A stretch of DNA of 35,223 bases from Octopus bimaculoides (GCF_001194135.2 NC_068995.1:7351677-7386899), one strand, 5' to 3'. Positions 11,088 to 24,010 are shown, counted from the first letter of the stretch. The notes: a model not told the origin generated them from the letters alone. Translations and numbers: made by a program.

Positions 11088-12929
11088 ACCAGTAAACGAA
11101 GTTAGACGATGCGTCTATCATACTGGACGCCATGTATATTGCGGCCTATAACAGAAAATTCGAATGTAAAACAAAGTCAATATTAACCGACTTACTGCCA
11201 CAAGAGACAACAACCAAAAAATGGTAAGTTCTTCACAGAACAAACATGGCTGAGTAGGCACCACTTGGAGAATGCCGAGACTAGCTTGAACTCAGAAATG
11301 GAATACAGTGTTGTTTATATGTTGATTGCTGTTAGTAATGTAGCTATAGGAAAGTTACGATGGTAGAGTGATGGCTGGCAGTAGGAAAACATTATTGGTT
11401 GAAATTTAGGTAGAGATTATATATATATGTATATATATATATATATATATATNNNNNNNNNNNNNNNNNNNNNNNNNNNNNNNNNNNNNNNNNNNNNNNN
11501 NNNNNNNNNNNNNNNNNNNNNNNNNNNNNNNNNNNNNNNNNNNNNNNNNNNNNNNNNNNNNNNNNNNNNNNNNNNNNNNNNNNNNNNNNNNNNNNNNNNN
11601 NNNNNNNNNNNNNNNNNNNNNNNNNNNNNNNNNNNNNNNNNNNNNNNNNNNNNNNNNNNNNNNNNNNNNNNNNNNNNNNNNNNNNNNNNNNNNNNNNNNN
11701 NNNNNNNNNNNNNNNNNNNNNNNNNNNNNNNNNNNNNNNNNNNNNNNNNNNNNNNNNNNNNNNNNNNNNNNNNNNNNNNNNNNNNNNNNNNNNNNNNNNN
11801 NNNNNNNNNNNNNNNNNNNNNNNNNNNNNNNNNNNNNNNNNNNNNNNNNNNNNNNNNNNNNNNNNNNNNNNNNNNNNNNNNNNNNNNNNNNNNNNNNNNN
11901 NNNNNNNNNNNNNNNNNNNNNNNNNNNNNNNNNNNNNNNNNNNNNNNNNNNNNNNNNNNNNNNNNNNNNNNNNNNNNNNNNNNNNNNNNNNNNNNNNNNN
12001 NNNNNNNNNNNNNNNNNNNNNNNNNNNNNNNNNNNNNNNNNNNNNNNNNNNNNNNNNNNNNNNNNNNNNNNNNNNNNNNNNNNNNNNNNNNNNNNNNNNN
12101 NNNNNNATATATATATATATATATATACATACATGCATATATGTGCATACATATAGATATATATACACACACATATATAAACTTTCAAACTACGTCGTTA
12201 ATATAAAAATGAAGATAAGAAAATGGCCGCTCAGTGAGAGAAAAATCACTTTGATCAGCTGACGCTGATTTCATGATTGATATCGTTCCCTTGAATGAGA
12301 GACGTTGTTGGGCACGGATAGTTGACACTCCACAATCCAGGACGACCACCACCAACAAAAACACCAAGAACAGCAACAATAATAATAATCATGTCACCAC
12401 CGCCAACCTCACCTCGGTAAAGACAATATCGACGACGAGAATAAGCTTATCACAGGCAATCACTTAAGTAAAAGTAAGCAAATCAATTTAAAGGAAATAT
12501 ATTTGCGTTCTGTTAATCTATTTGTTTCTTACGACTTGTTACAAATTTCCTCAGGAATTCTACCCATTCATCGATAGATCGATCAAACTTTCCATCGATC
12601 CATTCTTGCAGCCGTGCATGAATGTATGCATACATACATACATACATACATTCATTCATGCATACATAAATGAATAAAGGTAGAATTCAAAAATTAAAGC
12701 ATCCCTAAGGTAAATGACAACCGACCAGGTATTGTAGCGTGAGATCACAAGAGAAAGGCAGTACAAGAAGGTACAGATGAAGAAGACCATCTATGGAGGA
12801 CTGATAAGGAATGAAAAATAATATCAGAGATGACGACCTACGAATGAATAGGAATGGCGTAACGACAAATAAATGCAGCGCCATAATAATGTATGGATGT
12901 AACCGATGGAGATCCAGGCAATATATAAA

Positions 12930-13270
<341 letters not shown>

Positions 13271-13689
13271 ATTATGTATATATGGACGTGAAAGTGTGTG
13301 CAAAATGCTTATATATATATGAAATATATAATATATATATAATATATAATATAGAATATAGAATATATATATATATATATATACATACACACGCAGACAT
13401 GTTTACAATGACCTAATATATAGACGCATATATCCATGTACACGAATACACCTATTTTCCAATCTAGATAATTAATACAGACAAGCAGACCGAAACCCAC
13501 CCACGCACATAAACACACACATACATACATAAGTACATGCATTCATATATCAGTACACACGCATATATTCCTAGTCATTTCTCAGATTTTATATCATGTC
13601 AATCTATAAGCACTTTTGTTTTATCAATAACTTTCAGATATCGATATATCCTTTAATATCGATACGGCAACTATTAAACTAACAGTACA

Positions 13690-13722
<33 letters not shown>

Positions 13723-13837
13723 TTATACGTAATTGTGTGTATATATGTATATACATATATACGTATCTATCTCTCTATATATATCTATGTGTGTGTAAAT
13801 ATATATATATATATATATACACATATCTATCTCTTTC

Positions 13838-13849
13838 TATATCTGTCTG

Positions 13850-13910
<61 letters not shown>

Positions 13911-13912
13911 AG
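13838..13912. repeat. (TATC)n microsatellite
   Basis: Visible tandem units directly upstream of a SINE. Confidence 0.95.
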
Positions 13913-13920
13913 ATATTTAT

Positions 13921-14290
13921 TGGCTGTGTAGTAAGTAGCTTGCTACCAACCACATGGTTCCAGGGTCGGTCCCACTGCGTCTCACGTTGGGCAAGTGTCT
14001 TCTACTATAACCTCGGGCTGACCAAAGCCTTGTGAGTGGATTTGGTAGACAGAAAATGAAAGAAGCCTGTCGTATATGTATTTGTGTGTCTGTGTTTGTC
14101 TCCTCCACATCGCTTGACAACCGATGCTGGTGTGTTTACGTCCCCGTAGCGTAGCGGTTCGGCCAAAGAGACCGATAGAATAAGTACTAGGCTTACAAAG
14201 AATTAAACCTGGGGTTGATTTGAACAACTAAAGGCGATGCTCCAGCATAGCCACAGTCAAATGACTGAAACAAATAAAAGAATAAAAGTA
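13921..14290 (+). mobile_element. Near full-length tRNA-derived SINE, family A (Octopus OR-type from memory)
   Basis: A-box-like TGGCTGTGTAGT at 13921 and B-box-like GGTCGGTCCC at ~13963. It has a short internal (TA)/(TG) tract and a 3' tail of repeated AATAAAAG. Homologous copies occur at 9327-9478 and 19037-19360. The family name is recalled, not database-verified. Confidence 0.85.
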
Positions 14291-14292
14291 TT

Positions 14293-14332
14293 ATATCTAT
14301 CTATCTATCCGTCTGCGTGTCTGTCTGTCTGC

Positions 14333-14368
<36 letters not shown>

Positions 14369-14419
14369 ATATNNNNNNNNNNCTGTCTGTCTGTCTATCT
14401 ATCTATATATCTGTTTGTC

Positions 14420-14498
<79 letters not shown>

Positions 14499-14517
14499 TT
14501 CTCTATCTATCTATCTG
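14293..14517. repeat. Compound (TATC)n/(TGTC)n/(TG)n/(TC)n
   Basis: Visible tandem units; includes a 10-N gap. Confidence 0.92.
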
Positions 14518-15648
14518 AACCGGGGAAGGAGGTATCAGGAAGGAGGAGTCCATGTTAGAAGGGTCAACGAAGAAGGAATTGATCAACTGGTTAATTGTTA
14601 ATGTGATTATATCATTTTACAAATTATCAATTAGTCTATGAATGAATTGACGGCAAAAATTTCTAGTTATACCCAAGTAACTTTTAGTTAAAGATATATG
14701 AATTGTAGGCACGTCACTAATATAGATACATACATACAAATATTATATATGCATAAATANNNNNNNNNNNNNNNNNNNNNNNNNNNNNNNNNNNNNNNNN
14801 NNNNNNNNNNNNNNNNNNNNNNNNNNNNNNNNNNNNNNNNNNNNNNNNNNNNNNNNNNNNNNNNNNNNNNNNNNNNNNNNNNNNNNNNNNNNNNNNNNNN
14901 NNNNNNNNNNNNNNNNNNNNNNNNNNNNNNNNNNNNNNNNNNNNNNNNNNNNNNNNNNNNNNNNNNNNNNNNNNNNNNNNNNNNNNNNNNNNNNNNNNNN
15001 NNNNNNNNNNNNNNNNNNNNNNNNNNNNNNNNNNNNNNNNNNNNNNNNNNNNNNNNNNNNNNNNNNNNNNNNNNNNNNNNNNNNNNNNNNNNNNNNNNNN
15101 NNNNNNNNNNNNNNNNNNNNNNNNNNNNNNNNNNNNNNNNNNNNNNNNNNNNNNNNNNNNNNNNNNNNNNNNNNNNNNNNNNNNNNNNNNNNNNNNNNNN
15201 NNNNNNNNNNNNNNNNNNNNNNNNNNNNNNNNNNNNNNNNNNNNNNNNNNNNNNNNNNNNNNNNNNNNNNNNNNNNNNNNNNNNNNNNNNNNNNNNNNNN
15301 NNNNNNNNNNNNNNNNNNNNNNNNNNNNNNNNNNNNNNNNNNNNNNNNNNNNNNNNNNNNNNNNNNNNNNNNNNNNNNNNNNNNNNNNNNNNNNNNNNNN
15401 NNNNNNNNNNNNNNNNNNNNNNNNNNNNNNNNNNNNNNNNNNNNNNNNNNNNNNNNNNNNNNNNNNNNNNNNNNNNNNNNNNNNNNNNNNNNNNNNNNNN
15501 NNNNNNNNNNNNNNNNNNNNNNNNNNNNNNNNNNNNNNNNNNNNNNNNNNNNNNNNNNNNNNNNNNNNNNNNNNNNNNNNNNNNNNNNNNNNNNNNNNNN
15601 NNNNNNNNNNNNNNNNNNNNNNNNNNNNNNNNNNNNNNNNNNNNNNNN

Positions 15649-15691
<43 letters not shown>

Positions 15692-16050
15692 TTGTATGGA
15701 TATGTATGTATGAGTGTATATGTATACATGTGTGCATGAGGGTACGTATTTACGAACAATTCTACACTAACATAACAAGATATTAGTTGTAATCCGCGCA
15801 TTAAGAACCTGACCAGGTGCTCATCTTTAATACCAGCGTTATTGGCTGACCTCTATTTCTGATATTGATTTTTACTCCACCATATATAAAGTATATACTA
15901 TATGCAGATGTTCCCTATATACTATATGCACATGTCACATTGTATCCTCATATTGCATTAAATGCGCGTAGTGATCCACACACACATGCACACACCTACT
16001 CACACACGTATAGACACGCATGCGAAGATACCCTTATATATATATATATA

Positions 16051-16269
16051 GCTGAGGGATTAAAATTAAAATTGATTAAAGCGGATTAGGTTAATAAAAT
16101 CTCTCAATATACATTTAAGAGATTTTATTAACCTATTCTGCTTTCCGTTGATTTCTGTAGTCAAAATCAGTGTATTTTTGGCGCTTTAAATAAAAGTTTT
16201 GACTGTTATTTCCAGCAGGCAAACTTACTTAGTACGTCCTTCGATTAATTTTGAATTTAATCCCTCAGC
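16051..16269. mobile_element. Small MITE with ~30-bp TIRs and TA flanks (Tc1/mariner-type)
   Basis: Left end TA|GCTGAGGGATTAAAATTAAAATTGATTAAAG versus reverse complement of the right end TA|GCTGAGGGATTAAATTCAAAATTAATCGAAG. TA occurs at 16049-50 and 16270-71. No coding capacity. Confidence 0.75.
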
Positions 16270-16642
16270 TACTTAATGCTTTTCTTGGGCCTGCGATCGA
16301 CTGTATTATTAATTCTGTTATAATCATTTTTAAAATAGTCATTCCAGACGATAACAAAATTAATAACATCTTAATTAATTTTCGAGAATTTATACTTTTT
16401 CTCGCGAATTGTTTGCCCCTATATATATATATGTATATATGTATATAATGGAAAATTAGAATAAACACCAGTATAGATGTGCAGATGTTTAGTTCCTACG
16501 TACGTTTCATGATTGCCGTTAACCGGTACTCAGCCCTAGATGTTCCTGTTGAATTTGAATGCCTAATCGTAATGGATCGTCAGGACAACATTTTATTGCA
16601 TTCCGTAGTAAATGTAACTCCACACACACACTACACGCACAC

Positions 16643-16674
<32 letters not shown>

Positions 16675-16945
16675 NNNNNNNNNNNNNNNNNNNNNNNNNN
16701 NNNNNNNNNNNNNNNNNNNNNNNNNNNNNNNNNNNNNNTATGTTATATATATAAGTAATGTGTGTGAGTATACATGTATGTATGCATGTATGTATGCATG
16801 CGTGTATGTATAAATATATGTAAGGATGTATGCATATATCTATCTATGTATTTATTTCTATATTTATATTTACATCACTACTGCTAACCGGCACGTAAGG
16901 AAATGATACTATGCCTAGGTGTACCACAGATTTTAATTCACCACA

Positions 16946-17073
16946 TCCACCATTTTGCAGGGTTCACGCAAAACACTGTTTAACTAATACGGCTGTAGCT
17001 GTGACATAGTCCACCATTTTGCAGAGTTCAACAAAACCACTGGTTAGCTGATACGGCTGTAGCTGTGACCCAG
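16946..17073. repeat. Two-copy 64-bp tandem duplication
   Basis: Units start at 16946 and 17010 (TCCACCATTTTGCAG...ATACGGCTGTAGCTGTGAC); 54/64 identical by hand count. Confidence 0.9.
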
Positions 17074-17569
17074 ACATGGTAAAAATGCAAACTGATCCCT
17101 GGTTCAGCAACTGTTCGTAGAAGGGCGCAATATTTATGGATTTTAATCGAAAGCCTAATATTATAGACTGGGAAAGGTAGTTCAACATTTTAAAATATTG
17201 CGTTTGTAAAATAACTGCAAAACTCGTTAGATACTTCGATACGAAGTTAATTATTTTGATTGAAGAGAAATTCAATCACTTACAATTTGTTTTTTGTTGT
17301 TGTTGGCGCAGAGAGACATAATCTATTTTAATCGATCCAATGTATTATTGATACGGGCATTATCGATTCACGCAACGATGATTCAAATATTGATTCACAC
17401 GCATATTGCCTCTCTTTCTCTCTTTCTCGGTTCCTCTCTTTCTCATTTTTGTTTTGTTTTGTTTTGTTTTCAAACATCGAATTTAAAGCGAGGAACTAAC
17501 TCTATGGTGGGGTAGCTTTTAGTCCGATGATCTCAAATCTTTGCAAATTTATTTCTGGTCCTATTGCAC

Positions 17570-17587
17570 ACGCTCACACACATACAC

Positions 17588-17622
<35 letters not shown>

Positions 17623-17746
17623 CACACACACGTATACGTACACACAATTAAATACACACGCAGGTACGCATGCACACACACACATACACGCACACGGTCA
17701 CACAAACATACATGATACAAGCACGTAGGCAGATACGAATAAGTGT

Positions 17747-17794
<48 letters not shown>

Positions 17795-18010
17795 ACGCAT
17801 TAATATAAATACATACATATACATACACATATATGCACACACATATATATGTATATATACATATAGAAATCTATCTATCCATATTTCTCACTATGTACGC
17901 ATATATATATATGTATATGTATATACACAAACACACATATATATGCACACACACACACACACACATATATATTCTTGTAAATATGTATATATATACATAT
18001 ACAAATAAAT

Positions 18011-18042
<32 letters not shown>

Positions 18043-18044
18043 AT
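17570..18044. repeat. Interrupted (CA)n/(TA)n low-complexity tract
   Basis: Visible tandem units. Confidence 0.9.
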
Positions 18045-18633
18045 NNNNNNNNNNNNNNNNNNNNNNNNNNNNNNNNNNNNNNNNNNNNNNNNNNNNNNNN
18101 NNNNNNNNNNNNNNNNNNNNNNNNNNNNNNNNNNNNNNNNNNNNNNNNNNNNNNNNNNNNNNNNNNNNNNNNNNNNNNNNNNNNNNNNNNNNNNNNNNNN
18201 NNNNNNNNNNNNNNNNNNNNNNNNNNNNNNNNNNNNNNNNNNNNNNNNNNNNNNNNNNNNNNNNNNNNNNNNNNNNNNNNNNNNNNNNNNNNNNNNNNNN
18301 NNNNNNNNNNNNNNNNNNNNNNNNNNNNNNNNNNNNNNNNNNNNNNNNNNNNNNNNNNNNNNNNNNNNNNNNNNNNNNNNNNNNNNNNNNNNNNNNNNNN
18401 NNNNNNNNNNNNNNNNNNNNNNNNNNNNNNNNNNNNNNNNNNNNNNNNNNNNNNNNNNNNNNNNNNNNNNNNNNNNNNNNNNNNNNNNNNNNNNNNNNNN
18501 NNNNNNNNNNNNNNNNNNNNNNNNNNNNNNNNNNNNNNNNNNNNNNNNNNNNNNNNNNNNNNNNNNNNNNNNNNNNNNNNNNNNNNNNNNNNNNNNNNNN
18601 NNNNNNNNNNNNNNNNNNNNNNNNNNNNNNNNN

Positions 18634-18682
<49 letters not shown>

Positions 18683-19036
18683 TGTTTGTGTAAGAGTGTT
18701 CGTTTGTATGCATTTATTTCATTTATCAATGTTTGCAGAGATATATTTCCGAAAATTCCCTCTCTCCCACCAAAACGCCATTCAGGATGAAAAATTTCTC
18801 ATCGATTTTAAAGACGAGGGCTGGGGAGAAAATAGAAACCATATTCAGAATTTTCAGTATTTTCTTCCTGTTTCAAAATCTTGAATATTTACCAAAGAAT
18901 TCCCGGAAAATATACATAAACAATAACAAATTAAAGGAAAAAATGTTACGATTGTTGTGGTGGTGCGGGAAACGTTCTGATACTACGAAGCGTCTTTTCG
19001 CATCGCTTATATTCTAGTTGTTCTATTTAGCGGTTT

Positions 19037-19360
19037 TCGGCCATGCTGGGGCACCACCTTGAAGCATTTCGTCGAATAAATCAACAGCAGTATTTTATTT
19101 TTTAAACTCCTTAGATAAGAAGGCGTAAACAAACCAACACAAGATGGGGTGAGGAGTCACACACAAGCATACATACACGTGCACACCTAGATGCACACAT
19201 GACGTTCTTTTTTGTACAGTTTCTCTTTACCAAATTCAATCAAATGTTATGGTTCGGATCAGTGCTGTAGAAGACAGATGTCCAAGGGTGCTGCGCAGCG
19301 GAACCAAATCAGAAACGTGGTTAAAGAACGAGGTTCCTAATCACTCAGTGATGTCTGCAG
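19037..19360 (-). mobile_element. tRNA-derived SINE family A, diverged copy
   Basis: CGGCCATGCTGGGGCACCACCTT, CGTAAACAAACCAACAC, CAGTTTC...TACCAAATTC and GTAGAAGACA...CCAAGG are reverse complements of segments of 13921-14260. Confidence 0.8.
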
Positions 19361-20174
19361 CTATACTTGATCTTCTACTATACAATATGTCCTTGTTCGT
19401 TGAAAGCAGTGGAGTCGGATCTAAGGGTATTTGGCTGCTATTTCTGGCGAGTAGGACAATTACAGCAAGCATTCCTTGGCTTAGTTCTTCTTAAAGAAAA
19501 CCAAGATCATTGCCGAAATGACATCTTTAAGATGTATGTGCACATGAATATATGTATGCATTTACACACACACACACGCACACACTGATACACACCTCAC
19601 ATATGAATATATATATTTATATATATATGTGTGTATATATGTGTGTGAGTTCGTATACGTACATGTGCATGTATGTATACATACATGCTCGTGTGTCTCT
19701 GTGCATACACATCCTTAATTTAACTGTTGGCCACAGCTCTTATAATGATATCCAACAGTGAATGATAATGAGGTTTTCAACTGCATATTTTCGTTCTCAT
19801 ATGATAAAGCAGGTAGATAAGCAGGTGACTCGTTAATGCATTACATTCGAGATAGAATTCAATGAAGTTTTTATCTCCATTGATTATCATAAATTAACAT
19901 AGATTAACAACTGGTCAACTACTCACTCGGAAATAATGTCTCCAAATAAACCGATGTTCTCAGGAATTCTGACAATGTGGGCCCAGGACGTACTTTATGC
20001 GTCTGTTGTGGGGACTTTACAAGGGTAGTGTGTCTTTAATAACGACAACTGTTTGGAGAGGTCACTGTTGCTACTGTTGTTGTTATTGTTGTTGTTTCTC
20101 TGTCCTAAAAGAGAAGAATGCATGTTCAGAGACATACGAAGTATTATATGCAATTCAGAATCGTCCAATGTAGT

Positions 20175-20245
20175 GTTTTGTCCCCTCATTCTAGGACGGC
20201 TGAGTGTAATTTGAGTGAAATTTGGTTGCTATTTCTAGCAACTTG
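20175..20245 (-). mobile_element. Fragment of an unclassified interspersed repeat (family D)
   Basis: The reverse complement TGCTAGAAATAGCAACCAAATTTCACTCAAAT matches 23460-23491 GCTAAAAATAGCAGTCAAATATTCCTCAAAT. 20355-20440 probably belongs to the same family (from memory of Octopus repeats only). Confidence 0.5.
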
Positions 20246-20454
20246 AAAGACTAGGTAGAAACTTCATAACTGACATGGTTTCCATTCTTAATATTTTCCA
20301 CTGCGAGTGGTTCGAATCCTTCTTCCAACGTCCGTATCGAGTATCTTTGCTAGCTCAAAGTTGTTTAGTCGCCAGTCCATCGTAACTGAGCGAGCTTATT
20401 ATAGAAGGCATTTCAGCCGTGACCATTCCATCTGTTTCAGAGAAAAAGAAGAAG

Positions 20455-20580
20455 TGAATGAATAAGAGTTGACTAATAGAACGAATGATTGAGAATGAAT
20501 GAGTGATTCAGTGAATGATTGCAAAGGGAAAGAGAGCATGAGAAGGGAATAAATGAATGAGTAAGCAAGACCGAGAATGA
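20455..20580. repeat. Degenerate (GAAT)n
   Basis: Recurring GAAT/GAGT units. Confidence 0.7.
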
Positions 20581-20689
20581 TAGGGAGTGTGTGAGTGTGT
20601 GAGTGTGTGTGTGTGTATGTGTGCGCACGTGTGTGACTGTGTGTATGACTGTGTATGACTGTGTGTGTGTGTTACGATCACACCTTCCG

Positions 20690-20981
20690 TCATCATCACT
20701 ATCGCCATCACCTTAACAACAATGTCATCACCACCACCGTTAACACCGCCACGACTACCACTAGCGTCTCTGTCACTTTCAATACACACGTCTGTCAAAT
20801 AACTTCTAACACAATACCCATCGTCCCTACCATGCCCATCACCAAGCTCACCACCAACATCACCACCACCACCACCACCACCACCACCACCACTACCACC
20901 ACCACCACCACCATCATCATCAATGCCCCCAGCTTTACCACCATACCATGAACACTGCCACAGCTGTTCCACCATCACCAT
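20690..20981. repeat. Degenerate (CAC)n/(CAT)n
   Basis: Visible. It explains the poly-T and poly-G ORFs. Confidence 0.88.
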
Positions 20982-21909
20982 NNNNNNNNNNNNNNNNNNN
21001 NNNNNNNNNNNNNNNNNNNNNNNNNNNNNNNNNNNNNNNNNNNNNNNNNNNNNNNNNNNNNNNNNNNNNNNNNNNNNNNNNNNNNNNNNNNNNNNNNNNN
21101 NNNNNNNNNNNNNNNNNNNNNNNNNNNNNNNNNNNNNNNNNNNNNNNNNNNNNNNNNNNNNNNNNNNNNNNNNNNNNNNNNNNNNNNNNNNNNNNNNNNN
21201 NNNNNNNNNNNNNNNNNNNNNNNNNNNNNNNNNNNNNNNNNNNNNNNNNNNNNNNNNNNNNNNNNNNNNNNNNNNNNNNNNNNNNNNNNNNNNNNNNNNN
21301 NNNNNNNNNNNNNNNNNNNNNNNNNNNNNNNNNNNNNNNNNNNNNNNNNNNNNNNNNNNNNNNNNNNNNNNNNNNNNNNNNNNNNNNNNNNNNNNNNNNN
21401 NNNNNNNNNNNNNNNNNNNNNNNNNNNNNNNNNNNNNNNNNNNNNNNNNNNNNNNNNNNNNNNNNNNNNNNNNNNNNNNNNNNNNNNNNNNNNNNNNNNN
21501 NNNNNNNNNNNNNNNNNNNNNNNNNNNNNNNNNNNNNNNTATATATATATTTATATACACACACATGTATGTATATATTGTGTAACCATTGTTATCTACA
21601 TACCATGAAGATCGATATGCTTATATGCCGCAGTACATACGCATTAAATCATATATACACATACACTCACATATCAAAATATATACACAGGCACACATAC
21701 ATAGATGCTCATACGCACAACTGCATACACATGTGTACATGCATACATATATATACACCCACCATATATCAGTTGCACAGAGATACAAAACAAACGAAGA
21801 AATACTTATACACCATATATAACACACACACATATGTACGAACTAATATTGAAATATACATACAGTCGAATTTATGTACACAACAATACTGTCACATCCA
21901 CAAGCATGG

Positions 21910-21952
<43 letters not shown>

Positions 21953-23030
21953 ACATATATCCATCCATTTGCATACCACTCATACATTCCTATATATATA
22001 TATNNNNNNNNNNNNNNNNNNNNNNNNNNNNNNNNNNNNNNNNNNNNNNNNNNNNNNNNNNNNNNNNNNNNNNNNNNNNNNNNNNNNNNNNNNNNNNNNN
22101 NNNNNNNNNNNNNNNNNNNNNNNNNNNNNNNNNNNNNNNNNNNNNNNNNNNNNNNNNNNNNNNNNNNNNNNNNNNNNNNNNNNNNNNNNNNNNNNNNNNN
22201 NNNNNNNNNNNNNNNNNNNNNNNNNNNNNNNNNNNNNNNNNNNNNNNNNNNNNNNNNNNNNNNNNNNNNNNNNNNNNNNNNNNNNNNNNNNNNNNNNNNN
22301 NNNNNNNNNNNNNNNNNNNNNNNNNNNNNNNNNNNNNNNNNNNNNNNNNNNNNNNNNNNNNNNNNNNNNNNNNNNNNNNNNNNNNNNNNNNNNNNNNNNN
22401 NNNNNNNNNNNNNNNNNNNNNNNNNNNNNNNNNNNNNNNNNNNNNNNNNNNNNNNNNNNNNNNNNNNNNNNNNNNNNNNNNNNNNNNNNNNNNNNNNNNN
22501 NNNNNNNNNNNNNNNNNNNNNNNNNNNNNNNNNNNNNNNNNNNNNNNNNNNNNNNNNNNNNNNNNNNNNNNNNNNNNNNNNNNNNNNNNNNNNNNNNNNN
22601 NNNNNNNNNNNNNNNNNNNNNNNNNNNNNNNNNNNNNNNNNNNNNNNNNNNNNNNNNNNNNNNNNNNNNNNNNNNNNNNNNNNNNNNNNNNNNNNNNNNN
22701 NNNNNNNNNNNNNNNNNNNNNNNNNNNNNNNNNNNNNNNNNNNNNNNNNNNNNNNNNNNTATATATATATATATATGGCCATCTCTTTTGAGATTTCAAA
22801 TCGTGAAGTAGATAGATGAAACGACCATGTATAAAGCATTGTAATCCACACCAGTCCACCCGTTCAATAATCCTCATCTTTTCATTTTAATCCATCCATC
22901 TCTTTCTTTTAATCTATTCTCACCTCTCCATTATGAACCACGCCATCTCTTCATTGCGATTTATCTTCATCTCTTTATTTTATCCTACTCCATCTTCCTT
23001 TGATTATCTACCCCATGATTCCAGTTGTAA

Positions 23031-23222
23031 CGGTCTCGAATTAAGGCTCAAGTTTTAAGAGAGTGATAAGTCAAGTACATCACCCCCAGTGTTCAAGCTT
23101 CGGATAGGTGAAAGGCAAGGTTGACTTTAGCGGGTCTTGAATTCAGAATGTACAGTACCGGAAGAGACGCTGCTAAGCATTTTGTCCGAAACGCTAACGA
23201 TATTGTCAGTTGGTAGACTACT
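23031..23222 (-). mobile_element. tRNA-derived SINE family B with a 12-bp target-site duplication
   Basis: GTGAAAGGCAAGGTTGAC...TTGAATTCAGAA...CTAAGCATTTTGTCCGAAACGCTAACGAT is the reverse complement of the heads at 27380, 31940 and 34030. TTCCAGTTGTAA flanks it at 23019-23030 and 23223-23234. Confidence 0.8.
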
Positions 23223-23458
23223 TTCCAGTTGTAATCCACGCCATCTTTCCAATATAATCTACCCTCATCTCGTCATTTTAATCCACCCAATCTGTCCTTT
23301 TCGGTTCATGCTACTCCTTCCCTATATTGGATCTTCGATCATATTGCTATAATAGAAAAAAACATGTACCCAAAACAATCATAATATAACACCAAAACAG
23401 TAAAAGCAACAATGATAAATCCAACAAAGTATCCCACGTCTGGGTGAATGCTCGATTC

Positions 23459-23530
23459 GCTAAAAATAGCAGTCAAATATTCCTCAAATCCCAGAACCGC
23501 CCTGTTGCTTTAGAAAAAAGGACGCGTTTG
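23459..23530 (+). mobile_element. Fragment of unclassified interspersed repeat (family D)
   Basis: Homologous to the reverse complement of 20175-20245. Confidence 0.45.
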
Positions 23531-23689
23531 AGAATGTGTTTGGTGATGGGTTTTCTTCACATAAGAAAATGTCGATATGGTTACAGCAGGAAAATCTCTG
23601 AACGAAGTTCTGCTCGGTTACAGCAAATGGGGCGCTAAAAAAATAAATAAAAAATGTGAATAACAACTTTCGTAATATAAACCAATATT

Positions 23690-23925
23690 ATCACCACTAC
23701 AATGACGATGACAATGAAGTCGAAGATGACGACCACGACGACGAAAGAGAAGAAAGCGACGACGACGACGACCACCATCATCGCCACCACCGCCACCGCC
23801 ATCACCGCCACGTCACCGCCGCCGCCACGTCACCGCCACCGCCACTACCGATACAACCACCGCCACCACCGTGACACCATGACCATCATCTTTCGTCATA
23901 GCATTACCGTCATCACCAACGATAT
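23690..23925. repeat. Degenerate (GAC)n/(CAC)n/(CGC)n trinucleotide tract
   Basis: Visible. It explains the D/H/P-rich ORFs. Confidence 0.85.
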
Positions 23926-23978
23926 TAAATGTCCCCCGCCACGTCCCAGCATCATCCTATAATCATCATTATCAATAA

Positions 23979-24010
<32 letters not shown>

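Noticed and set aside
13921-14000. tRNA-like sequences with A/B boxes (also 26405, 27380, 31940, 34030)
   Set aside because: These are SINE heads. They continue into SINE bodies, and no complete cloverleaf or acceptor stem was seen, so they are not called tRNA genes.
16946-17073. Repeat with conserved and variable parts as a CRISPR-like array
   Set aside because: Only two units, the variable parts are homologous rather than unique spacers, the context is eukaryotic, and there are no cas genes.
19995-20189. 64-aa ORF MRGQNTTLDDSEL…
   Set aside because: It overlaps a repeat-family fragment and a (TTG)n tract, and is short.
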